64,000 bases of DNA from an uncultured Candidatus Saccharibacteria bacterium (GTDB lineage Bacteria; Patescibacteriota; Minisyncoccia; Phycocordibacterales; CAIRYW01). The stretch is from positions 1,432-65,431 of the forward strand of contig CAYUPH010000005.1 in assembly GCA_964446625.1 (NCBI GenBank), written 5' to 3'. Below are positions 45,405 through 54,764 of the stretch, one piece after another; the stretch's first letter is position 1, and every line of letters starts with the position of its first letter. A model generated the notes under the pieces. That model worked only from the letters and a program-made list of their open reading frames with translations, searched no databases and was not told the origin of the DNA. The position numbers and the translations under genes are program-made.

Positions 45405-47687
45405 GTGGAAGCAAAAAAGTTTTTGAGAAACATGGACAGACATTTTTTGATGCGGAGCGGCGCGGTTTTTTTTGCACTTTTGCCTCTTGTTTTTATACCA
45501 GGACACCTTGAACTTTTGTCTGATTTTAAATTATTTTTCCTTTCCCTTTCTGTTTCTGTATTAGTTATTTTATATTCATGTACGGCGTTTTTTCAAAAAA
45601 AGAAAGTGGAGATTCCTTTTTCGTTTGGTATCTTAAGTCTAAGCTTACTTTTACCCCTTTATCTCATTTCAACTTTTTATAGTTTAGAAAGACCTGTTTC
45701 TCTTTTTGGTTTTGGGGGCGACACACTGTCGATCTTTAGTTTTCTTATTTTTGGAGGAACTTTCTTTTCTGTTTTTCTTCTTTTTAAATCAAAAAGGGAT
45801 CACAACCTTCTTATTACTTTTTTAGTTGCTACTCTTTTTGGGTGTACACTTTTTCAAATAGCAAAAATATTTTTTCCCTCTCTTTTATCTCTGTATACTT
45901 TTTTTGGAGCGACAGTCGGAATTATGGGAAGCTTCGTTGATTTTGGTGTTATTTGTTTTCTTCTTTTTGGAATTTTTTATATTGTCCTATCAAGAGTTGA
46001 GCTTTCTGTAAGTTCGAGTATCTTTTTCTACGGAGCTTTAATACTTAGCTTTTTTGGTGGCCACATATCAGGAATTACACTTGATGCAATTCAATATAAG
46101 GTACCACTTAGTTTACTGTTACCTATCTTTCTTATTTTGGTAGATGTGTTTCATGTTGGACTAGATGCAGTAAAGAAAAGAGTTGGAAGTAGAATCTTTA
46201 ATCCAGTACCTCTTCTTGTTTTAGCATTTCTTTTTTCTGTAAGCTTATTGTTTGGAAAGGGTATTCAGAATTATTTTGAAAACGAATATTTGGTGCAAAG
46301 CGAAGCTTCTTTGCCTCCTACATCTCTTTCGGTGGGAATTTTAGTAAGATCAGTTTCTGCCCACCCGTTTGTTGGCTTTGGTCCAGGAACCTACGAAAAT
46401 GTAAAAAACGGTTTCGGAACAGTTATTGGAAACCTTTCGACAGACACAGGTGGAAGTAGTAGTGAAGTAAGTCGCCTTCTTTCGGAGACTAGTTCTGTTG
46501 GAGTTATTGCCGGAAGCATGTGGCTACTCTTTCTTCTCTCGGTATTTTTTGTTTCTCTTAAAATACTTATTCGAAATCCTGAAAAACATAGTGTTAAAAG
46601 AAAGGTGACTGCATTTGGTGCAGGTTTTTTGGTTATTTGTTTTATAACATTTCCAATTGGTGTTTTACCCCTTTCGCTACTCTTTATTTTTTCTGGACTT
46701 TTGTACGCGATTAGAGAAAGAGAAGGAAAACTGCGTTCGATTTGCCTTGGCGGGGGGTTGTCTTCTTACACTTATATAAAAACAATTGTTTTCTTTTCAC
46801 TTGTTATTTTGGTTTCCATGTATGTTTTTGGAAGTGCACTCCTTGGAAGTGTTATTGGGCAAAAAATAGAAAAAGGGGAGTATGTAAATGCTGAAGCACT
46901 GCTTTCTAAAACAAAAAGGTTTTCACTTGATAAAAATATATACATGCTTTCTGCGCAAAATTCACTCGGCCGTTTGTTTCAAAAAATCCAAAATAGTAGT
47001 GGAGAGGAAAGTGGTGAAGACCTTCTCTTTGTACTCAAAAATATTCTTGCTGATGTAGATGTGCTCGATGTGCTAGCTCCAAATAATTACGGTGTAAAAA
47101 TATTTGAGTCCGAGCTCTATGGTGAAATTGCTAGGCTTGGTTTAACTGATTTCTATTTAAAATCTCTACAAAAGACAAAGGATGCAGAGATGCTTTCACC
47201 TTCTGCACCGCTTTCAGCGCTCCTTCAGGCAAAAATTTATACGAATTTGGGAGAAGAGGAGAAAGCAAAAGAGGCGCTCGCAAGAGCGATTAGTCTGAAG
47301 CCAAATTACACTGAGGGTTATATTTTCCTTGCAAAAATATCAGCAGAGGGAACAGATGGCGAAACACAAAAACAACTTGTGGGTCAGGCAGAGAAAATCA
47401 ATCCACTAGATGTTGATCTGACTTTTCAAAAAGCAATCCTTAGTATCCAGGTAGGAAATTATAGTGTTGCACTAGCGAACCTCTCGGCGGTTATAAAAGT
47501 TCACCCTGGTTTAGTGGCTCCAAGGTACTATGAGGCTGTTGCTCTCTATATGCTGGGACAAAAAGAGGAGGGAATAAAGAAAATGAAAAGACTAAGAGGT
47601 CTTAGTGCGGATGGAGGAAGTGTGAATCAAGCACTCTCTCTTATGTTAGAGAATCGCTTGGAAGAAAAATTTCCTGTAGTAAAATAG
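45405..47687 (+). CDS. Polytopic membrane protein (O-antigen ligase/oligosaccharyltransferase-like) with C-terminal TPRs
   Basis: More than 10 TM helices; loop HPFVGFGPGTY; TPR-like AKEALARAISLKPNYTEGY. Start is GTG45405 or ATG45432. Confidence 0.7.
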   Translation: MEAKKFLRNMDRHFLMRSGAVFFALLPLVFIPGHLELLSDFKLFFLSLSVSVLVILYSCTAFFQKKKVEIPFSFGILSLSLLLPLYLISTFYSLERPVSLFGFGGDTLSIFSFLIFGGTFFSVFLLFKSKRDHNLLITFLVATLFGCTLFQIAKIFFPSLLSLYTFFGATVGIMGSFVDFGVICFLLFGIFYIVLSRVELSVSSSIFFYGALILSFFGGHISGITLDAIQYKVPLSLLLPIFLILVDVFHVGLDAVKKRVGSRIFNPVPLLVLAFLFSVSLLFGKGIQNYFENEYLVQSEASLPPTSLSVGILVRSVSAHPFVGFGPGTYENVKNGFGTVIGNLSTDTGGSSSEVSRLLSETSSVGVIAGSMWLLFLLSVFFVSLKILIRNPEKHSVKRKVTAFGAGFLVICFITFPIGVLPLSLLFIFSGLLYAIREREGKLRSICLGGGLSSYTYIKTIVFFSLVILVSMYVFGSALLGSVIGQKIEKGEYVNAEALLSKTKRFSLDKNIYMLSAQNSLGRLFQKIQNSSGEESGEDLLFVLKNILADVDVLDVLAPNNYGVKIFESELYGEIARLGLTDFYLKSLQKTKDAEMLSPSAPLSALLQAKIYTNLGEEEKAKEALARAISLKPNYTEGYIFLAKISAEGTDGETQKQLVGQAEKINPLDVDLTFQKAILSIQVGNYSVALANLSAVIKVHPGLVAPRYYEAVALYMLGQKEEGIKKMKRLRGLSADGGSVNQALSLMLENRLEEKFPVVK

Positions 47688-47692
47688 TTTAA

Positions 47693-49369
47693 ATGGTCAA
47701 AAGACTTATTAAGTTCGTAGGGAGAGAGGTTTCAGACATTCACGATGCAGCATATGTGCTTGCGATTTTTACTTTTCTAGCTCAACTTGTTGCCCTTGCG
47801 AGGGACAGACTTCTTGCATCACACTTCGGAGCGGGGCAGACCCTAGATGTTTACTATGCCTCTTTTCGAATTCCAGACCTGATTTTTGTGTCCCTTGCAT
47901 CCTTTGTGTCTGTTTCTGTAATGATTCCTTTTATTCAAGAGAAGGTAGGAAAAGGAGAGAAAGAAAGCAAAGAGTTTATTGCAAATGTCTTTACCTGTTT
48001 CTTTGGTGCTATTTTAATTACAGCTGCAGTCGCATTTTTCCTTATGCCCTATATTATCTCAAAAGCGTACAGTGGTTTTACGCCGGAAGCGCAGGAACAG
48101 GTTGTTCTCTTGTCTCGAATACTTCTGCTCTCACCAATTCTTATGGGAGTGTCAAACCTCTTTGCGAGTATTACACAAGCGTTTCGCCGTTTTGCAGTCT
48201 ATGCTCTTTGTCCGGTTATTTATAACCTTGCAACAGTTTTCGGTATCCTCGTTCTTTATCCAAAATACGGACTACAAGGAATTATCTACGGAGTTTTAAT
48301 TGGTGCCTTTCTTCACATGGCGCTTCAGCTTCCTTTTGTTCAAAGCCTTGGACTTATGCCGACACTGCGTTTTGGAATCTCGTGGAAGGAAATAAAAAAG
48401 ATTATTTCTATTTCGATTTCTCGTACTCTCGCGCTCTCTATTCTAAACTTAGCTGTCTTTGCCCTTCTCTCACTTGCTTCTCACATGAACGAAGGATCAA
48501 TTACAATTTTTAATCTTGCATTCAATCTTGAGTCTGTACCGATGTCTCTTATCGGAATTAGTTATTCTATGGCAGCCTTTCCTCTTCTCTCACAACTTTT
48601 TATTGATGGAAAAAAAGAAAAGTTTATCGAGGAAATCGGTGCTGCTATGAGGCATGTCATCTTTCTCTCGGTACCAATTGTAATGCTTTTTATAGTTCTT
48701 CGCGCACAAATTGTTAGGGTAGCTCTTGGAGCAGGAAACTTTAGTTGGCATGATACAAGGCTTACTGCAGCGTGTCTTGCTATCTTTTCAATTGCAGCAA
48801 TTGCACAAAGTGTGTCACTTCTTTTTGTAAGAGCATATTACGCGGCAGGAAATTCAAGGAGACCTCTTCTTGTAAATATTTTCTCCACAGTTTTTATTGT
48901 TATCTTTCCGCTTTTCTTTTTAAAGCTTATGCAAAGCACGCCAGAGTTTACACTCTTTCTTGAAAGTATGCTTCGAATCGAGGGAGTAAGCGGAACTGAA
49001 GTACTCACTCTGCCACTTGGTTTTACGCTCGGCTCGATTTTAAATTCCGCAATATTTTTTGTCCTTTTCAAAAAAGACTTTGGAAGCATTTGGGAAAAGA
49101 TAAGACGAACCCTTTTTCAGAGTGTTTCTTCTGCCATTATTGGAGGAGCTGCGGTGTACGTCTTCCTCAACATCTTTGATGGAATCTTTAGTAAAACGAC
49201 AGTAAAAGGAATTTTTGCACAAGGTTTTCTTTCAGGAATAGGTGGACTTCTTGTTTCTGTTTTTATTTTAAAACTAATGCAAAGTAAGGAACTCACAGAA
49301 GTGATGGATATTCTACGCAGAAAAATCCAAAAGCCCGTTGTAGTGGTTCCAGAGCAAACCGATCTGTAG
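47693..49369 (+). CDS. murJ: Lipid II flippase MurJ (MviN)
   Basis: RDRLLASHFGAG..LDVYYASFRIPD, P.IYN, RAYYAAGNSRRP. Confidence 0.92.
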   Translation: MVKRLIKFVGREVSDIHDAAYVLAIFTFLAQLVALARDRLLASHFGAGQTLDVYYASFRIPDLIFVSLASFVSVSVMIPFIQEKVGKGEKESKEFIANVFTCFFGAILITAAVAFFLMPYIISKAYSGFTPEAQEQVVLLSRILLLSPILMGVSNLFASITQAFRRFAVYALCPVIYNLATVFGILVLYPKYGLQGIIYGVLIGAFLHMALQLPFVQSLGLMPTLRFGISWKEIKKIISISISRTLALSILNLAVFALLSLASHMNEGSITIFNLAFNLESVPMSLIGISYSMAAFPLLSQLFIDGKKEKFIEEIGAAMRHVIFLSVPIVMLFIVLRAQIVRVALGAGNFSWHDTRLTAACLAIFSIAAIAQSVSLLFVRAYYAAGNSRRPLLVNIFSTVFIVIFPLFFLKLMQSTPEFTLFLESMLRIEGVSGTEVLTLPLGFTLGSILNSAIFFVLFKKDFGSIWEKIRRTLFQSVSSAIIGGAAVYVFLNIFDGIFSKTTVKGIFAQGFLSGIGGLLVSVFILKLMQSKELTEVMDILRRKIQKPVVVVPEQTDL

Positions 49370-49438
49370 CCCGGCCCAAAGTACTAAAAGACGCTTTTCT
49401 GGTATCTCTCTCTTAATTTTGTTATAGTGTCTTTGTTT

Positions 49439-51229
49439 ATGAAACATATACGAAATTTCACCATCATTGCGCACATCGACCACGGAAAGTCGACTCTTGC
49501 AGACCGAATGCTTGAAAAAACAGCAACTATTGAGGCGCGCAAAATGAAAGATCAAGTTTTGGATGATATGGAACTTGAAAGGGAAAAAGGCATTACAATC
49601 AAAATGCGGCCTGTTCGTATGCTCTATAAAAAAGGTGGGAGCGACTATATTTTAAACCTTATCGACACACCAGGGCATATCGACTTTTCTTATGAAGTAT
49701 CTCGCGCTCTCAAAGCTGTTGAGGGGTCAATTTTGCTTGTTGATGCCACACAAGGTGTGCAGGCTCAGACCATGACAACACTCCGAATGGCAAAGGAAGC
49801 AGGTCTTACTATTATTCCAGTTCTGAGCAAAATCGATTCTCCGATTGCGCGAATTCCTGAAGTAAAGTCAGAAATGGCGAGGCTTCTCGGGTGTAGTGAA
49901 GATGAGATTTTGCTTACTTCTGGAAAAACAGGAGAGGGAGTTGAAGAACTCCTCAGTGAAATAGTGGATAGAATTCCACCACCGAAAGAAGAAGCTAAAC
50001 TTGATCGCTTACAGGCTCTTGTGTTTGATTTTCAATATTCAAATCATAAAGGAGTAATTGTATATGTTCGAATTATGGGTGGGAAAGTAAAAAAAGGAGA
50101 TGAGCTCCTTTTTAGTATTGCAAGAGAAAAATTTCACGCACTTGATGTAGGAATCTTTGTGCCAGAAGAAAAATCTACTTCTTCGATTGAGGAAGGAGAG
50201 ATTGGCTACATTGTGACAGGTATCAAACGTCCGGGAATCGCATCGGTAGGAGACACAATTACTCTTTTTCGAAGTCCTGCACCTGAGCTTATGGGATATG
50301 AAAAACCAGCACCTGTTGTGTGGGCGTCAATTTACCCCGAGGACGCCGACGACTTCGAGCTTCTAAAACAAGCCCTCGGAAGGCTTAGGCTTTCGGATTC
50401 TGCATTTTCTTATGAAGAAGAAACATCAGGTTCTCTTGGGCGAGGTTTCCGAACAGGTTTTCTTGGGCTTCTTCACCTTGAGATCATTACCGAAAGACTC
50501 CGAAGAGAATTTAATCTAAATCTAGTTATTGCAACTCCTACCATTACCTACGAAATAACAGAGAAAAGCGGAAAAGTGTACACAGTATACTCGCCATCAC
50601 TTTTTCCTGAACACGGACAAATCATAAAAATCCGCGAGCCATGGGTGTCTGTCAATGTAATTACGCCAGGTGATTACACCGGTGCAATCACAAAACTTTT
50701 GTATGAGCACGAAGCGGAAATGATTGATGCAGAAGTGTGGAATGACGGGAGAACATCGCTTATTATCCTCATGCCACTTCGAGAACTCATGAGAAACTTT
50801 TTTGATGAGTTAAAGAGTGTGTCTTCAGGTTACGCTTCGCTTTCATACGAATTTGACTCTATGCGAGAAGCGGACGTTACAAGGCTTGATGTTTTGGTTG
50901 CAGACGAGCCAGTTGAGGCGTTTACAAAAGTTGTTTCTCAAAGAAGAGTGGAAGAGGAATCAGAAAAAGTAGTAGAAAGACTCTACCATGTTTTGCCAAG
51001 ACAAATGTTTGTTACAAAGATTCAAGCAAAGGCAAACGGACGAATTATTTCTTCAAAGACACTATCAGCTCTTCGAAAAGATGTGACAGGATACCTGTAC
51101 GGAGGGGACATTACCCGAAAGAAGAAACTTCTCGAAAAGCAAAAGAAAGGAAAGAAGAAAATGAAAGAGAGAGGAAGTGTTGAAATTCCCCACGATGTAT
51201 TCCTCAAGATGATGAAAAGTGGAAACTAG
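49439..51229 (+). CDS. lepA: Elongation factor 4 (LepA)
   Basis: IAHIDHGKSTLADR, LIDTPGHIDF, GFLGLLHLEI, YGGDITRKKKLLEKQKKGKKKMK. Confidence 0.97.
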   Translation: MKHIRNFTIIAHIDHGKSTLADRMLEKTATIEARKMKDQVLDDMELEREKGITIKMRPVRMLYKKGGSDYILNLIDTPGHIDFSYEVSRALKAVEGSILLVDATQGVQAQTMTTLRMAKEAGLTIIPVLSKIDSPIARIPEVKSEMARLLGCSEDEILLTSGKTGEGVEELLSEIVDRIPPPKEEAKLDRLQALVFDFQYSNHKGVIVYVRIMGGKVKKGDELLFSIAREKFHALDVGIFVPEEKSTSSIEEGEIGYIVTGIKRPGIASVGDTITLFRSPAPELMGYEKPAPVVWASIYPEDADDFELLKQALGRLRLSDSAFSYEEETSGSLGRGFRTGFLGLLHLEIITERLRREFNLNLVIATPTITYEITEKSGKVYTVYSPSLFPEHGQIIKIREPWVSVNVITPGDYTGAITKLLYEHEAEMIDAEVWNDGRTSLIILMPLRELMRNFFDELKSVSSGYASLSYEFDSMREADVTRLDVLVADEPVEAFTKVVSQRRVEEESEKVVERLYHVLPRQMFVTKIQAKANGRIISSKTLSALRKDVTGYLYGGDITRKKKLLEKQKKGKKKMKERGSVEIPHDVFLKMMKSGN

Positions 51230-51339
51230 TATCTAACAGCCGGGAAGTAGAGAATCACGAGGCTGAGGATGACAAGAAGGCAAATAATTGAGAAAATTAT
51301 TTTGATAGCCTTTTGAGTTTTGTGTCCGAATAGAAACAT
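51226..51339 (-). CDS. 37-aa single-TM small protein (absent from the ORF track)
   Basis: MFLFGHKTQKAIKIIFSIICLLVILSLVILYFPAVRY*: basic N-terminus plus a TM helix, filling the lepA-ftsB gap. Confidence 0.6.
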   Translation of the reverse strand: MFLFGHKTQKAIKIIFSIICLLVILSLVILYFPAVRY

Positions 51340-51394
51340 ATATGTGTATTAATTAATATTAGAGCTATACTACCAAAATTCTCTAATTTTTCAA

Positions 51395-51763
51395 ATGAAA
51401 AAGTTCCAAGAAAAACAAATCATAAAGTCCCGCCTGTATTCGCCTATCACGATTATTTTTCTTTTTATAGTGCTTCTTTTTGCGGTCAACGGCTCAAAAA
51501 ACATCTGGCTCAAGTACTTTGAGAGTAAAGAAAATGCAACACAAACCTACCGAAAGCTAGAAGAGCTAGAAGCAAGAAAAAAAGGGCTCGAAGAGCAAAC
51601 AGAAAGACTAAAAAGCGAAGAGGGAATTGAAGAGGAAGTAAGAGAGAAGTTTAATGTTCTTCGCCCAGGCGAAAAAGTTCTTGTTATAAAAGAAGAAGAA
51701 TCAGAGCAGGAGGAAGAGGAGACATTTTGGCAGAAGTTTAAAGCTAAATTTGGTTTTGAATAG
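51395..51763 (+). CDS. Septum formation initiator (FtsB/DivIC family)
   Basis: TM helix, coiled coil, then IEEEVREKFNVLRPGEKV. Confidence 0.85.
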   Translation: MKKFQEKQIIKSRLYSPITIIFLFIVLLFAVNGSKNIWLKYFESKENATQTYRKLEELEARKKGLEEQTERLKSEEGIEEEVREKFNVLRPGEKVLVIKEEESEQEEEETFWQKFKAKFGFE

Positions 51764-51826
51764 CTTTTTGGCCTCCTTCGCGGTATAATTGAAATGTCGG
51801 TTTTAGAAGCTAATTTTCCTAAAAAC

Positions 51827-52060
51827 ATGAAGAAAGTAACAATTTATTCAACTCCAACCTGTACTTACTGCAATCTTGCAAAAGCGTACTTTAAAGAAAA
51901 TAGCGTAGACTATTCAGAATTTGATGTTGCTGCAGATGCAGATAAACGAAAAGAAATGGTAGAAAAAAGCGGTCAAATGGGAGTTCCTGTTATTGATATC
52001 GAAGGAGATATTGTTGTCGGTTTTGACAAAGAAACTATAGAACACCTTCTCCACGCATAA
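51827..52060 (+). CDS. Glutaredoxin-like protein (NrdH/YruB family)
   Basis: IYSTPTCTYC, SGQMGVPVI, VGFD. Confidence 0.93.
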   Translation: MKKVTIYSTPTCTYCNLAKAYFKENSVDYSEFDVAADADKRKEMVEKSGQMGVPVIDIEGDIVVGFDKETIEHLLHA

Positions 52061-52061
52061 A

Positions 52062-52094
52062 ACAAAAAACTCGCCCTAGGGCGAGTTTTTTGTT
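52062..52094 (+). terminator. Intrinsic terminator
   Basis: acaaaaaactcgccc-ta-gggcgagttttttgt. Confidence 0.88.
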
Positions 52095-52108
52095 ATATTT
52101 GCTTAGTA

Positions 52109-52180
52109 GCCCCCGTAGTTAAATGGATATAACAGTCCCGTCCTAAGGGATAGTTGTAGGTTCGATTCCTGCCGAGGGCA
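52109..52180 (+). tRNA. tRNA-Arg (CCT)
   Basis: Acceptor gcccccg/cgagggc with one C-A mismatch; anticodon arm gtccc-gtCCTaa-gggat; T loop GGTTCGATTCC; CCA not encoded. Confidence 0.9.
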
Positions 52181-52289
52181 CAAAAAAGCGAAGTGTATTT
52201 TGTGGCTCCGAGTAAATAAGCTATTTATCCTTTGTGGAAAATCAGAAGTTTTTAAATGATAAAAGTAAAATAAAAAAACCACTTTACCT

Positions 52290-52556
52290 CTAAATAGTAG
52301 GAAAAAGTGGGTCAGGACCAAGGTCTCTTTTGTGCGCCTTATCACGCCTATCAACGAGATTTTGCATGTAAGCATCACGCTGCTCAGGTGAAAGGGTAAA
52401 GAGGTAGACTGGGTCATTATCGTAGCATGGGTGGAACTCATCTTGGCGAAGCCAAAGCCTTCTCCAAAATGTTCTCATGGGTCCTGGCAGACAAATGCAT
52501 AATTTTCGATCTACTTTGTCCCGTATTGTGGCGAAGAGATTAAGGTTTAGTTTCAT
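52290..52556 (-). CDS. Hypothetical protein (88 aa)
   Basis: AAAGGAG just upstream of the ATG; fills the space downstream of tRNA-Arg. Confidence 0.55.
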   Translation of the reverse strand: MKLNLNLFATIRDKVDRKLCICLPGPMRTFWRRLWLRQDEFHPCYDNDPVYLFTLSPEQRDAYMQNLVDRRDKAHKRDLGPDPLFPTI

Positions 52557-52639
52557 ACTCCTTTAATTTTAACTTAAATCTATTAAATTTAAAAGCATAT
52601 TTTTAATCTCCTTATTTTGTAGTATAGTAAGAAAACTAT

Positions 52640-53503
52640 ATGAAAATCGAAAAAGTTAAAGCTGAGCCAGAGTACGAACTTCTCGACAGTGGAGAAGGTG
52701 AAAAACTAGAACGGTTTGGAGAATTCACACTGCGCCGCCCTGATCCGGGTGCTCTATGGTGGAAGGCTCTTCCAGAAGAGAGCTGGAAAAACGCAGAGGG
52801 TTACTTTAAACGATCGGGGACAAAAGGGAACTGGATCCTTTCTCCAAAAATGACAAAAAGCTGGCAGATTTCTTTTGGTGGCCTTACTCTTAAAATTGTT
52901 CCAAGTCCATTTAAACACACAGGACTTTTTCCAGAGCAACTTGCAAACTGGCAGTGGATGGAAGAGAAAATAAAAAAAGCAGGAAGGCCTATAAAAGTTC
53001 TAAACCTTTTTGGATACACAGGCGGAGCTACGCTTGCACTTGCAAAAGCTGGAGCTGAAGTAACACACATAGACGCATCAAAAAGCGCAATTACATGGGG
53101 AAGAGAAAATGCGAAACTTTCAAACCTTGAAAACTCACCAATAAGGTGGATTTTGGAAGACGCAAAAATGTTCGTCAAAAGGGAGCTTAAAAGGGGAAAT
53201 AAGTATGACGGGATTCTGCTTGATCCGCCGGCTTTTGGGCATGGTCCAAATGGTGAGACATGGAAGATTGAGGAGGACCTACTCCCACTAATTGAAGACA
53301 CAAAAGCTCTTCTTTCTGAAAACCCACTTTTTTACCTCATAAACGGCTACTCCGCAGGGTATTCGGCAATTGCCTATGGAAACACGATAAATGACCTTAA
53401 AACACGTTTTGGAGGCGATATAGAAGAAGGTGAACTCTGTCTTGAGGAAAAGGGAGGCAGGCTCCTTCCTGCGGGTATCTTTGCAAGGTGGTCAAATTTG
53501 TAA
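52640..53503 (+). CDS. SAM-dependent methyltransferase (RlmI/RlmK-like, PUA-less)
   Basis: YELLDSGEGEKLERFG, FKHTGLFPEQ, VLNLFGYTGG, ILLDPPAFGHG. Confidence 0.9.
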   Translation: MKIEKVKAEPEYELLDSGEGEKLERFGEFTLRRPDPGALWWKALPEESWKNAEGYFKRSGTKGNWILSPKMTKSWQISFGGLTLKIVPSPFKHTGLFPEQLANWQWMEEKIKKAGRPIKVLNLFGYTGGATLALAKAGAEVTHIDASKSAITWGRENAKLSNLENSPIRWILEDAKMFVKRELKRGNKYDGILLDPPAFGHGPNGETWKIEEDLLPLIEDTKALLSENPLFYLINGYSAGYSAIAYGNTINDLKTRFGGDIEEGELCLEEKGGRLLPAGIFARWSNL

Positions 53504-53546
53504 AAAGAGGGCCTATTTGCTAGAATAAACGCGTACTTTAAAGAAC

Positions 53547-53852
53547 ATGATGTTAGACGAGGAACAGACATTAGAAGAAATTCGGGAAATGACCGAAGAG
53601 AATAATAAGATGCTCCGATCACTCCGCCGAACTGCGCGAGTAGGTGCCTTTTTTAAATTCTTCTACTGGATGGTGATTTTGGGCGCTGGAATTGGTGCTT
53701 TCTACTACATTCAGCCGTACTTAGAAGAGCTTCAAAAAGTGTACTCAAACATTCTTGATGCCCAGAAGAAGGTTCAAGAAATTCCTAAGTCTTTCTCTGA
53801 CTTCTTTAAAGGAAACAAAGAGGAAACAAAAGAAGTAAAAGAGGTTAAGTAG
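53547..53852 (+). CDS. Hypothetical single-TM protein
   Basis: EENNKMLRSLRR...TM...YYIQPYL. Confidence 0.75.
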   Translation: MMLDEEQTLEEIREMTEENNKMLRSLRRTARVGAFFKFFYWMVILGAGIGAFYYIQPYLEELQKVYSNILDAQKKVQEIPKSFSDFFKGNKEETKEVKEVK

Positions 53853-53887
53853 GGAGCCGGTTCAGGCGAGAGAAAAAATAAATATAT

Positions 53888-53963
53888 GCCAAGGTAGCTC
53901 AGTTGGTAGAGCATGTCCCTGAAGAGGATGGGGTCGCCGGTTCGAGCCCGGCCCTTGGCACCA
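53888..53963 (+). tRNA. tRNA-Phe (GAA)
   Basis: gccaagg/ccttggc acceptor, AGCTCAGTTGGTAGAGC D arm, ctGAAga loop, GGTTCGAGCCC, encoded CCA. Confidence 0.96.
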
Positions 53964-54074
53964 CAAATAAACCGCCTGAGGGCGCTTTTTGTGTGACAAG
54001 GGAGGAAGTGAACTGCCTTAGCCTTATTTGCGTCAGTATATTGACACTTTAAAAATTAGTGATATGGTTTTTAT

Positions 54075-54278
54075 GTGAAGAAAAAAATCCTGATCTTTAC
54101 AGTGGCGGCCTCATGCTTTTGCCCCTGTTTGATTTTGCTTCACGAGGTTGGGATGTGCGAACGAACACTGAAAGGAGAGTTGGTGTTCGTGAACATAGGT
54201 CTGTGCGAGTTTGCAGTCTTTTGGCTGCTATTTGCCGGATTGACTTGTTTTCTCCTCAACCGATTCGTGAGGAATTGA
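54075..54278 (+). CDS. Small Cys-rich 2-TM hypothetical protein
   Basis: KKK N-terminus plus two hydrophobic segments; TTGACA (54041) and TATGGT 6 nt before the GTG; followed by a terminator. Confidence 0.55.
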   Translation: MKKKILIFTVAASCFCPCLILLHEVGMCERTLKGELVFVNIGLCEFAVFWLLFAGLTCFLLNRFVRN

Positions 54279-54284
54279 TAATTA

Positions 54285-54312
54285 GCCCGCCTCGAAAGAG
54301 CGCGGGTTTTTT
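54285..54312. terminator. Hairpin terminator between convergent genes
   Basis: gcccgc-ctc-gaaa-gag-c-gcgggt followed by a T-run. Confidence 0.7.
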
Positions 54313-54763
54313 AAATAGATTTTACTCGAAGCTTTGTTTGCTTTCCTTTGTCTATCTTTGGAAGTTTGATTGTGAGCATACCTTGGTTTTCAGTTGCCTC
54401 TGCATGGTCAATATCAATCTCTTGGGGAAGGAGTACGGTTCTTGCAAATGAGCCCCAGTAGAGCTCTCGGTGAAAATAGTTTTCCTCTGGCACGCTGTCG
54501 TCGATTTCGCGCTTTCCTTTTATTGTAATCATGTCCCTAGAGAGGATTATGTCGAGGTGTTCTTTTCGAACGCCTGCAACAATTGTTTTTACAACAAGGT
54601 GGCCTCCTGTTTCAAATACATCAACAGTGAGTTGTCCGTGTGGGTCTTCTGCTTCGGTCCAAGTCTCTGCGCCCTCTCTACTTTCTGACTCATCTAAAAA
54701 TTCTTCGCCCTCATCGTCGGGAGCAATTGCTTTTGTGAACTTGCTAAAAAAAGACTTCTTCAT
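54311..54763 (-). CDS. Small heat-shock protein (Hsp20/alpha-crystallin)
   Basis: QLTVDVFET, ITIKGKR, RELYWGSFARTVLLP, GMLTIKLPK. Confidence 0.93.
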   Translation of the reverse strand: MKKSFFSKFTKAIAPDDEGEEFLDESESREGAETWTEAEDPHGQLTVDVFETGGHLVVKTIVAGVRKEHLDIILSRDMITIKGKREIDDSVPEENYFHRELYWGSFARTVLLPQEIDIDHAEATENQGMLTIKLPKIDKGKQTKLRVKSI

Positions 54764-54764
54764 G

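Noticed and set aside
44979-45433. Three short ORFs between murI and the TPR membrane protein
   Set aside because: They overlap the RNase P RNA and its terminator, so they are shadow ORFs.
52103-52441. 112-aa minus-strand ORF
   Set aside because: It runs antisense through tRNA-Arg; the CPRQESNLQ peptide is a typical reverse-tRNA translation.
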